Positions 56,295 through 64,000 of a DNA stretch of 64,000 nucleotides are shown here, in pieces. How positions within the stretch are numbered: the stretch's first letter is position 1; every line of letters begins with the position of its first letter. Origin of the DNA: Candidatus Yanofskybacteria bacterium RIFCSPLOWO2_02_FULL_41_13 (GTDB taxonomy: Bacteria; Patescibacteriota; Minisyncoccia; 2-02-FULL-40-12; GWA2-44-9); the NCBI GenBank assembly GCA_001795735.1, contig MGKQ01000001.1:14808-78807 (forward strand), in the 5' to 3' direction. The notes beneath the pieces were generated by a model. It was given only the letters and a program-made list of their open reading frames with translations. It made no database searches and had not been told where the DNA came from. A program made the position numbers and the translations under genes.

Positions 56295-57298
56295 TGGAAT
56301 ATATGTATGGACTGCATAGTCACACTTGGGATTCGATAGAAATTGAAGACGCCAAGAAATTAATTGGCCCTATTCTGATACTTGGCGCATCTGGATTTAT
56401 TGGCGCCAAACTTTTTTTCAATTTAAGCCAGTGTCGCAATGATATCTTCGGATGTTCTAGAGACATTAAGAACAGCTGGAGATTCAAGTATCATAATTGG
56501 CAGAATCTGGAGAGTCTTGATATCACGAACTATAAAGAAGTTGAGCGTTTATCTAAGAGAATCAGGCCGAAAACCATTTTTAATTTATCTTCTTACGGAG
56601 GACATAGCCATCAGACGGATATCGAACAAATCCATCAGGTTAACTATATCGGAGCAACTAACATACTGAGGGCCATAGCCGATATAGAGTACGGTGCTTT
56701 TATACAGGCGGGCAGTTCATCTGAATACGGTTTGAATTCTGCCGGTCCAAAGGAAGATGCTAAACTGGTACCAAATAGTGCTTACGCCGAATCTAAGGTT
56801 AAGTCATATTACATGGTAAATTACTATGGCCAAGCCATGTTTCCGGTAATGCACTTGAGGCTATATTCTATTTACGGACCCTGGCAGGAAAGAAAAACAC
56901 TAATGCCCGTACTGATATCCCACTGTCTAGAAAATAAATGGCCTCCGCTTGTGGACAAAGAAGCTTCACATGACTTTGTCTATGTAGACGATTGTGCCTA
57001 TGCTTTCGTAAAAGCCGCCCTGGCTCTGTACGAAAAGAAGGGCTTCGGAAAAGCCGTAAATATAGCTACTGGAGTAAAAACAAAGACAGAAGATTTAGTA
57101 AAAATATCCCAAAGAATATTTGGTGTTACTTCAGAACCGATATTCGGCTCCATGCTAAATGAGGGACGGGACCTTGTGAACTGGTATGGGAATCCTGAAT
57201 TGGCTCTAAAAGAGCTCAGCTGGTATCCCAGAGTCGGACTGAACCAAGGCATTGAATTAACAAGCCGATGGGAACAAGAATTTAAAAAGACCGCATGA
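56294..57298 (+). CDS. NAD-dependent epimerase/dehydratase (extended SDR)
   Basis: ILILGASGFIGAKLF. Confidence 0.7.
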   Translation: MEYMYGLHSHTWDSIEIEDAKKLIGPILILGASGFIGAKLFFNLSQCRNDIFGCSRDIKNSWRFKYHNWQNLESLDITNYKEVERLSKRIRPKTIFNLSSYGGHSHQTDIEQIHQVNYIGATNILRAIADIEYGAFIQAGSSSEYGLNSAGPKEDAKLVPNSAYAESKVKSYYMVNYYGQAMFPVMHLRLYSIYGPWQERKTLMPVLISHCLENKWPPLVDKEASHDFVYVDDCAYAFVKAALALYEKKGFGKAVNIATGVKTKTEDLVKISQRIFGVTSEPIFGSMLNEGRDLVNWYGNPELALKELSWYPRVGLNQGIELTSRWEQEFKKTA

Positions 57299-57312
57299 GC
57301 GGTTTTTTATTT
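57288..57312 (+). terminator. weak rho-independent terminator
   Basis: ACCGC / GCGGT short stem with TTTTTTATTTTT. Confidence 0.35.
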
Positions 57313-57356
57313 TTGAATTGATTTATGCAAAAATATATGACAGGATATAAAAATAT

Positions 57357-58226
57357 ATGACTGAATTTGAAAAACTTATTCACGAATATTCATTTTTTTA
57401 CGACAAGGGTTTATTCTCCCAAAAAACCTCAAAGCTAGAACAGCGCTACCGGGAATACTTGAACTTGGAAAATCTTGCTTCAACCAAAGAAACAGCCCAG
57501 CTTATAGCTAAAGTGGCTAACCGACACCTTAAGAAAACCGGTCCCATAGATGCACTCGAGATTGGCTCCGGCATCGGCGGCCTGGCAGTCGCCATGGCAC
57601 GCCTTGGAAATCGCCATGTTACCGGCATTGAACCTGAAGCGCCGGCAGTCAAAGCTTCATCGCTTCGCGCTCAAAAGTACAAAAATATTAAGGCAGAATT
57701 TATACAAGGATACGGAGAAAAAATACCATTGCCGGATAGATCGTTTGATCTAGCCTATACTCAATCCGTCCTCGAACATGTAACAGACATTCAAAAAGTT
57801 ATATCCGAAGCATACCGTGTTTTACGGCCCGGAGGAGTAATTTACATTGAAACGCCAAATTATCTTTGGCCGGTGGAACAGCATTACAAAACTTTCTTCC
57901 CCCCCCTTCTCCTAAAACCGCTGGCACGCCTTTACCTAAGACTGCGAAAGAAGAATCCCGATGGCATTAACACCCTCAACTACGTCACGCCGATAAATAT
58001 CCGCCGATATCTCAAAAAGGCCGGTTTTATAAACATTACCGATAACACCTTGGAAGAATACGCCGGAAAGCTGAATGACCTTTCACGCATTAAACACAGG
58101 AGATACCTGCGGGTCCTTCTTAAAATCCCCCTCGCCTCTTCTATAATCAGCGGCGTAATTCATTCATTACTCAAACTTGGATTGTATCCGGGACTAAAAA
58201 TGAGTGCGCAGAAGAACATCATTTAA
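57357..58226 (+). CDS. class I SAM methyltransferase
   Basis: ALEIGSGIGGLAVAMA. Confidence 0.7.
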   Translation: MTEFEKLIHEYSFFYDKGLFSQKTSKLEQRYREYLNLENLASTKETAQLIAKVANRHLKKTGPIDALEIGSGIGGLAVAMARLGNRHVTGIEPEAPAVKASSLRAQKYKNIKAEFIQGYGEKIPLPDRSFDLAYTQSVLEHVTDIQKVISEAYRVLRPGGVIYIETPNYLWPVEQHYKTFFPPLLLKPLARLYLRLRKKNPDGINTLNYVTPINIRRYLKKAGFINITDNTLEEYAGKLNDLSRIKHRRYLRVLLKIPLASSIISGVIHSLLKLGLYPGLKMSAQKNII

Positions 58227-59371
58227 ACAAAAGACAATATATTCTTGACTCTGCGCTCCCAGGTATAATTCTTAACATCCTCCATGGCTTTTTTGGAAAG
58301 TTGAAAGCCCAAGTCGGGTTCACTTAATATTCTGCCTATCCCCCGGTCTAAATCGCCAGGTTTATTCGGGTTAACTAAAATTGAGTTTTGATCATTAAGG
58401 ACTTCTGCGATCGATGGTAAATTGCTCGCGACAATCGGACAGCCTGACGCCATGTATTCAAAAAGCTTAACCGGCGAAGTATTTAGATAAACCTTATCTT
58501 TAGCCGAATTAGGCAATGTCAGAACATCGGCCGCTTTTAGATAAACCGGAATTTCTTTATGCGATTTGTGACCTAAGATCAAAACGTTTTTCAACCCCCT
58601 CGCTTTTTCCCTAAATTTCTTGATATCATAGTCCATCCCCCCGACAAAAATAAATAACACAGCATCTCTTTCTTGGAAATTGGAAACTAGAAATTGGAAA
58701 TTCCTTGCTGTTTCCAACAAGGAATAAACTCCCTTCCACTCGAATAAGTGACCTGTGTACATGACTATCTTTGAATCTTGGGACAGACTTAACTTCTTTC
58801 GTGCTTCCTCCTTTGATATCTGTATATCAAATTCGTTCATATCAACACCGTCATGAGCAACTAAAACGTTATCAGCCGAAAAGCCGATATTTAAAAACTT
58901 GCCCCTGAGGCTTTCCGAAATAGTAACTACTTTTAAATTCCTGGCCAGAAATCTTCTGTAAAAAAATATTCTGGCATCAGAAAAATTATGAGCCTCAAAA
59001 ACAATTTTTTTATTGAAGAAGCTTAGAAAATATAACGGCCACTCGTCGCGGGAATAAATAATATCGGCTTTTTGGACAACGGCGTAAAAAGAAAGAAGCA
59101 GGGCAGATATAACTCCCTTAATGTTGACTGCAATTTTATCAAGCCGACCGGAAAAATAAAAATCCGGTGCCCATATTCTTTTTATCTTAAAATTTGTTCT
59201 GACGGAATAGTATGAGCAGAGCTCATCTCTGATGTGATTGTCTCTGAAAGGATACAGTAGAGTCACCTCAAGACCCTGCAATGCAAAAGTTTCGCACATC
59301 TTAGCAATTTGGACACCATATGCTTTTTCTGTCGGCAACCTTAAATTAGCAATAAATAAAAGTTCTCTCAC
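58223..59371 (-). CDS. GT4 glycosyltransferase containing an in-frame heptamer repeat tract
   Basis: GT4 C-terminal EYMASGCPIVASN. Tract TTGGAAA-TTGGAAA-CTAGAAA-TTGGAAA at 58673-58700 encodes NFQFLVSNFQ. Confidence 0.75.
   Translation of the reverse strand: MRELLFIANLRLPTEKAYGVQIAKMCETFALQGLEVTLLYPFRDNHIRDELCSYYSVRTNFKIKRIWAPDFYFSGRLDKIAVNIKGVISALLLSFYAVVQKADIIYSRDEWPLYFLSFFNKKIVFEAHNFSDARIFFYRRFLARNLKVVTISESLRGKFLNIGFSADNVLVAHDGVDMNEFDIQISKEEARKKLSLSQDSKIVMYTGHLFEWKGVYSLLETARNFQFLVSNFQERDAVLFIFVGGMDYDIKKFREKARGLKNVLILGHKSHKEIPVYLKAADVLTLPNSAKDKVYLNTSPVKLFEYMASGCPIVASNLPSIAEVLNDQNSILVNPNKPGDLDRGIGRILSEPDLGFQLSKKAMEDVKNYTWERRVKNILSFV
58673..58702. repeat. imperfect heptanucleotide tandem repeat (TTGGAAA family, 4 units) inside the GT4 coding sequence
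   Basis: Seen in sequence. Confidence 0.8.
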
Positions 59372-60067
59372 TTATTTGTAGTTAGACCTGGAAAACTTCC
59401 TAACTAACGGCTTGACTAGCTCTTTAATAAACCGAGGCGGTTTTATGTATATTGAAGATGTGACCATATTTTTAAGAGACAAAGTATACAAACTTTCAAC
59501 TGCATCTTTCAAGGAGCTTCTCCTGCATTTTGTGGCAAAGAGTATGTTATCTATAAAGCCTGCGTTTCTAAATTTCCTGGATCTAAGTATGTATCTTGAG
59601 ACGACTTTCCTTACATCGGGATAATTAAACGTTGCATCATGATATGCAATAATTCCGCCTTCTCTCAAATAAGGCTCCCAAAGCAGAAAATCAGTTTCGG
59701 CCATTTTATAAGTATGATCGCCGTCAATCCAGAGAAAATCAACCGGTTTATTCCAGTTCTTGCTGGCCTCCTCTGATGTTGCAACCACAACCTCAACAAA
59801 CCCATCAACATTATGTTTATTCAGGTTGCTCTTAAGCTGACCTAGGGCCAAATCGTCAAAATATTGAGGATCTATAGCGTAAACCCTTCCTTTTTTATCT
59901 GAATTCTTCAGAGCATCGGCCAATACCACGGTTGAGCGGCCATAAAGACTGCCTATTTCTACTATCGTGCCGCCGTTTTTACGAACAACATCATACAAAA
60001 AATCAGCCTCTCTCTTAGAAAGAAAGCCTGGGATATCATTTAAAATACGGTCCAGATCTTTTGCCAT
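59372..60067 (-). CDS. class I SAM methyltransferase (CmcI/O-MT family-3-like)
   Basis: TIVEIGSLYGRST...WIDGDH pattern. Confidence 0.6.
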   Translation of the reverse strand: MAKDLDRILNDIPGFLSKREADFLYDVVRKNGGTIVEIGSLYGRSTVVLADALKNSDKKGRVYAIDPQYFDDLALGQLKSNLNKHNVDGFVEVVVATSEEASKNWNKPVDFLWIDGDHTYKMAETDFLLWEPYLREGGIIAYHDATFNYPDVRKVVSRYILRSRKFRNAGFIDNILFATKCRRSSLKDAVESLYTLSLKNMVTSSIYIKPPRFIKELVKPLVRKFSRSNYK

Positions 60068-60122
60068 ACTTTTTAGGTTATACCATTTCCGCTAAAAAAC
60101 AAACCGGCAGTATATAACAAAT

Positions 60123-60932
60123 TTATATTTTTTGAGCCACGACTAATATCTCAAAGCCAAAATGCTTTGAGATATATCTGTTTGATATAGAATCTAATAA
60201 TCTAACACTCACGTCTAGTATCTTTGCCGCAAACTTCATAAATTTAGGGTGATACCGAGAAAGACAATATGCAACGAAAAATCCGTCAGTAGCCAAAACT
60301 TTACAATTAGATGCCTTCGCAAGATCTTTTAATTCTTTGATCTTGAAAGATTTTTCAAAACCATATTCATAGTTTTTGCCCTTGATCATCTTAAATAATT
60401 TATGCGGGTTCCAGTAATTATTTACTGATACAATTAAAATTCCGTTTTTCCTCAACATTTGTGCCATAACTGCAAAAGCCCTTCTATAATCTTTTAGGTG
60501 CTGTATCGTTGCATCGGAAAAAACTATATCAAATTGTCCATCCTGAAATGGTAGATTAAAAACATCCGCTTGTTTAAATTCAACATTAGCTATATTTAAA
60601 TGAGCGGCAAGCCCTTTTGCCACTGCAAGTGACTCCTCCAGAATATCCGTTAGCACAAACTTGGATTCCGGAAAATCTCGAGCCAGTGCGATGCCATATC
60701 TCCCCGTACCTGTTCCGATATCAAGGAAACTAAACTTTTTAGAAGGTACATATTTCTTTATTATCGGATATCCTCTGACGAATAGCTGATTTTTAAGAAT
60801 TTTATCAACCTTGCTAAGACGAGCCTGTTTATCCCAGACATTGCTCCAGATAGTATTAATTGATTTTTGAGGTTTTGTATTTTCCATCTCAGTCATTAAT
60901 AAGAGAAGCATAGATCTCAATCTGCTTATCAA
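60123..60932 (-). CDS. class I SAM methyltransferase
   Basis: FLDIGTGTGRYGIALA...DIVFS. Confidence 0.7.
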   Translation of the reverse strand: MISRLRSMLLLLMTEMENTKPQKSINTIWSNVWDKQARLSKVDKILKNQLFVRGYPIIKKYVPSKKFSFLDIGTGTGRYGIALARDFPESKFVLTDILEESLAVAKGLAAHLNIANVEFKQADVFNLPFQDGQFDIVFSDATIQHLKDYRRAFAVMAQMLRKNGILIVSVNNYWNPHKLFKMIKGKNYEYGFEKSFKIKELKDLAKASNCKVLATDGFFVAYCLSRYHPKFMKFAAKILDVSVRLLDSISNRYISKHFGFEILVVAQKI

Positions 60933-62252
60933 TTAAAACTTTAGAATTATACTTTTCTTCCACCAATTTCCTGCCGTTTGCCCCTAATTCAGTTAAAAGC
61001 TCTGGATGGTCTATTAAGTATAATATCTTTTCGGCCAGCGCTCTAAAATCGCCCTCGTTTACAAGGAATCCGTTATAGCCATCCCCCACCTGATCAGGAA
61101 GACCGCTGTGTCTTGTAGTAATGACAGGCAACCCGGTAGCTAAAGCTTGTGAAATAATTACATTCATCCCGTTAGAAGTAGTGCAAGGCACCCACTACCA
61201 CCGTACGGTGCCATACATTACTAATTATTGTTTGATTGACATTCATGTTATTTAACCCGCTTAGAGTACTTCTAACGGGATTCATATTATTCAGTATCTC
61301 CATCCTTGGCCGTTTTTGACGGCTGAACAAAGAAGCTCATATTCTGGAAAAAATCTAATATCCGTTCTATTGCCATAAATCCTTTAAACTCCACAACGTC
61401 ATTCAAGCCCAATGTTCCCGCTAAAGAATGGATTTTTTCTCTCAACGGCCCGTCTCCAATCATATAGCACCTGAATTTTTTTGAGGTCTTTTCTTTGACA
61501 ATGGCCAGAGCGCGCAAGAGGTCGTCAAAACCTTTTTTCTCCACAAATCTGCCGACCGAAACAATATTTATTTCTTTATTCTCGGATATCGCCCTCTCCT
61601 TAAAATTATAGTTATCCAAGTTTATGCCAATGGGATGAACCAGTACTTTTTCTGAAGAAAATCCGTGTCCTACTACCCTTCGCTTCATGTCCTCAGACAT
61701 AACGAAGAACAAAGCTGATTCTTCTATTAATCCCCGATAGATAGCAATCCCTTTTTCTTTTATTCTTTTACTGACATCCTGGCCGTAAAGTGAAGTGATA
61801 AATTTTTCCTTAATACCCAAAACTTTTTTTATCATGACAAAGTTAGACCCGACATTGCCAAAGTGACAATGATACAAATCGTATTTTTTACCGAAAAAAG
61901 GCTTTAAATCCCAGAACAAAACTTTAAAATTAGATGCAATTTTAAAAATAGATGCCGGCCTATAGAGTAACAGTCTGACTAACCGAGGTCCAGCCATAAT
62001 AATTCTCAGTATTTTGTTAGCCGGAACGCTAAGATACATTGTCTTTTTGTCTAACCCGTATTGAAAATACCTCTTGGATATATGGTCCTTGTTCGCCCCG
62101 CCTCGATTAAAGGCGTAAATCTCAACCCCGACCCCCCGGTCGATCAGATCACAAGCCTGATCAATAATAAAAGTTTCGGATATTTCCGGAAAACTGCCTA
62201 CAATAAAGGCGACTCTTAAGTTTTGCTTTTTATTTATATTAACTGAACTCAT
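60889..62252 (-). pseudogene. GT4 glycosyltransferase split into an N-terminal fragment (61287..62252) and a C-terminal fragment (60889..61167) by insertion of the roughly 125-bp repeat element
   Basis: N-fragment ends ...FVQPSKTAKDGDTE-stop. C-fragment resumes GMNVIISQALATGLPVITT. Together they rebuild the conserved GT4 E-G-x-G...EAMA-G-PVI core. Confidence 0.55.
61162..61292. mobile_element. roughly 125-bp terminal-inverted-repeat element, copy B (MITE-like), inserted in a GT4 gene
   Basis: Aligns end to end with copy A (TCATCCCGTTAGAAGTAGTGCAAGGCACCCACTACCACC ... TTTAACCCGCTTAGAGTACTTCTAACGGGATTCAT). Contains the 12-bp perfect palindrome CACCGTACGGTG. Confidence 0.65.
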
Positions 62253-63424
62253 AGACTGTGAAAAAAATTATAAAACTTGGTGGACACGACCTGATAGCCA
62301 TAAGCATTGTGAACAAACTCCCGGCCTGCCCTGCCCATAGATATTCTTTTTTGTTCATCGTTAGCTAATAACGCCATGGCCTCTTTCAATTCCTTGTGGT
62401 CATCATAGGATTTAATAAGAATGCCAGTTTTGCCGTCTAATACAATTTCAGTTATCGAACCAGAAGTAGTGCTGATAACCGGCAATTCCATAGACGACGC
62501 TTCCTGAATGGAATACGGCAATTGGTCTTCCCATCCGCCATAGGGAATACTCGGATACAAAAAAATATCAGAACTATTGTAGAGCTCCCAGACTCCGTCC
62601 CGCTCAAGCCACGGTACTCTAATAATAAAATCTTTTAGTTTCAGCTCTTCAATCATCGACTCTATCATCAGGCCATATTCCCCCTCACCAAGACCGGCGA
62701 GAATTAAACGGACGTTTGGTATGGTTTCTGAAATTTCCTTAAAAGCCCTGATAATCAGATGGACCCCCTTGCGGTGAGCAACCATTCCGGCAAATCCAAA
62801 AACTACGTAATCTTTCAGGTCTATACCCTTAAAAGATTTTTTTGAATAATCTCGCTTAAAGAAATCTGTATCAAGACCCATCGCCGGTATAACAACCATC
62901 GGTTTATCCGTAATAGATTTCATCACTTTCTCTGCCCGGATACTTCCGCACACAACTCCGTCACATAATGCCATATTCAAGTTAATAACAAACTTTTGGA
63001 TAGCGCCCCTCAATCCTTTAAATTTACTCTCATAAGAAACATTCTCCCAAGTAAAAACGATGAACTTAGCTCCAAACAGTTTGGCAAAAATACACTCATA
63101 TAAAGTAGTCAGAAGATTCGGCTCACTGATACTAAGAATTATATCCGGCTTCTGCTCACGAAGAATAAATGGAAACATCGGCATCCAGCCCTTTAAGATT
63201 CCGCCGATAAGAGGATAATTTGAGTGGTGAAAAAAAGCCTTGGTAGTATGGACATTTTTGCCGGGAGTAGGTTTGAATACATACCTTCCGCCCTTTATCG
63301 GCCACCTCTCAGGTACAAGAAAATGAATATCATCTGTACGGGGATAACCGCTGAATGTTTTCATATAACTCTCATTCGCAAATGTATAGCCGGATATTAA
63401 AATTTTTAGATTACCGGGTGTCAT
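62249..63424 (-). CDS. GT4 glycosyltransferase
   Basis: C-terminal EDQLPYSIQEASSMELPVISTTSGSITE (E..EA...PVI.T). Confidence 0.75.
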   Translation of the reverse strand: MTPGNLKILISGYTFANESYMKTFSGYPRTDDIHFLVPERWPIKGGRYVFKPTPGKNVHTTKAFFHHSNYPLIGGILKGWMPMFPFILREQKPDIILSISEPNLLTTLYECIFAKLFGAKFIVFTWENVSYESKFKGLRGAIQKFVINLNMALCDGVVCGSIRAEKVMKSITDKPMVVIPAMGLDTDFFKRDYSKKSFKGIDLKDYVVFGFAGMVAHRKGVHLIIRAFKEISETIPNVRLILAGLGEGEYGLMIESMIEELKLKDFIIRVPWLERDGVWELYNSSDIFLYPSIPYGGWEDQLPYSIQEASSMELPVISTTSGSITEIVLDGKTGILIKSYDDHKELKEAMALLANDEQKRISMGRAGREFVHNAYGYQVVSTKFYNFFHSL

Positions 63425-64000
63425 TGTCTGATTATATTGCTTATTTTATTTATCAAATTATCAAGATTATGGTTATGGATGACATAATCCCTTAAATCTG
63501 CCGTATTCTGTTTTTTGCCGGAAATCTCAATTTTTTCGGCTAACTGAGTTGGGTCATTCTCGTTAAATATTAGCTCTTTCGGTAAAAAAGAGCGAGATGA
63601 ATCGTTTGAACTTAGGACTTTTATCCCGCAAGCCATCGCCTCAAGAAGCACCTTGTCCACGCTTCCGGTTTTTGAAAGGTGAATAAAAATGTCGTGTGAT
63701 TGGTAGTATACCGGCAAATCTTTGTGATTCACTTTTCCAACAAAATTAAATTGATCTTGTAACTTGTAACTTGTAACTTGTAACTTTATTTTTTTTTCAT
63801 ATTCTTTGTCGCTCTCCAGCGCCGCTTCTCCTGCTATAGTTACGGAAAAATCAACCCCCTTACTCTTTAGTAACCTTGCCGCATCGATCAATACTTCATA
63901 ATTCTTCACCAGTGCAATTCTCCCCACGCTCAATATCTTAAATTGGAAATTGGAAATTGGAAATTGGAAATTGGGCTTGAAAAGCCCGGTGTCTATTCCA
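63421..64000 (-). CDS. GT4 glycosyltransferase, 5' end beyond the window; contains two heptamer repeat tracts in frame
   Basis: LLEAMACGIKVLSS C-domain motif. The frame stays open upstream through (TTGGAAA)n to the window edge. Confidence 0.65.
   Translation of the reverse strand, partial: GIDTGLFKPNFQFPISNFQFKILSVGRIALVKNYEVLIDAARLLKSKGVDFSVTIAGEAALESDKEYEKKIKLQVTSYKLQDQFNFVGKVNHKDLPVYYQSHDIFIHLSKTGSVDKVLLEAMACGIKVLSSNDSSRSFLPKELIFNENDPTQLAEKIEISGKKQNTADLRDYVIHNHNLDNLINKISNIIRQ
63756..63783. repeat. heptanucleotide tandem repeat (CTTGTAA)x4 inside the GT4 coding sequence (encodes KLQVTSYKLQ)
   Basis: Seen in sequence. Confidence 0.85.
63941..63975. repeat. heptanucleotide tandem repeat (AATTGGA / TTGGAAA) x4.7 inside the same GT4 coding sequence (encodes PNFQFPISNFQF)
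   Basis: Seen in sequence. Followed by a GGGCTTGAAAAGCCC hairpin. Confidence 0.85.

Noticed and set aside
60889-61191. 100-aa ORF called as an independent gene
   Set aside because: Its only meaningful sequence is the C-terminal third of a GT4 fold. Its first eight codons (GTG start) are read through the inverted repeat of the inserted element. It is interpreted as the downstream fragment of the split GT4 pseudogene.
63756-63981. Short tandem repeats as a possible CRISPR array
   Set aside because: Units are 7 nt with no spacers and lie inside an open reading frame. This is not CRISPR architecture.
1-64000. tRNA, rRNA or tmRNA genes
   Set aside because: No stretch showed the conserved tRNA features (GTTC-type T-arm with acceptor stem complementarity) or rRNA-like conservation. 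Essentially all sequence is accounted for by ORFs and short structured intergenic regions.

Overview
Low-GC (about 40%) bacterial window that is almost wall-to-wall protein coding. I recognised no rRNA, tRNA or CRISPR. The whole 64 kb reads as one accessory glycan-biosynthesis and glycosylation island. Main content: (1) a pseudaminic-acid-like nonulosonic acid module (PseB, PseC and PseI/NeuB-like enzymes, a fused NeuB-like/cytidylyltransferase, and a PP-loop N-acetyl-sugar amidotransferase plus HisH/HisF paralogs that make acetamidino groups), with an ATP-grasp ligase and DUF115/Maf-like putative nonulosonate transferases. (2) A deoxy/branched-sugar toolkit: a GHMP kinase, several extended-SDR epimerase/dehydratases, an RmlC-like epimerase, an aldo-keto reductase, and two DegT-family proteins carrying His where the PLP lysine normally sits (3-dehydratase-like). 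(3) Three separate ThDP-dependent carbon-transfer systems: a split transketolase, a PDH-E1 alpha/beta pair and an acetolactate-synthase-like enzyme. (4) Five radical SAM enzymes, four with B12-binding domains, including a large paralogous pair. (5) At least nine class I SAM methyltransferases. (6) At least seven glycosyltransferases, plus a GT2 / YdjC-like deacetylase / ArnT-PMT-like polyprenyl-phosphate sugar transfer triad. (7) A VTC–DUF4956–CotH/beta-helix trio. Three small GIY-YIG ORFs are scattered through the island. Non-coding structure worth attention: a roughly 125-bp terminal-inverted-repeat element (two near-identical copies plus one divergent relative), one copy of which splits a GT4 glycosyltransferase gene; heptanucleotide tandem-repeat tracts (TTGGAAA, CTTGTAA, GAAAATT families) inside two GT4 genes and in one operon-internal spacer, suggesting slipped-strand phase variation; a recurring TTGACAC-TTTTGATACT promoter-like motif at three operon starts, one followed by a perfect 18-bp palindrome; and iteron-like AATATGCAAAT repeats. 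The lineage is not identifiable from sequence alone. The compact operons, ATGA start/stop overlaps, frequent GTG/TTG starts with strong SD sequences and abundant small GIY-YIG ORFs are compatible with an uncultivated low-GC bacterium, possibly candidate-phyla-radiation-like, but that is a guess.
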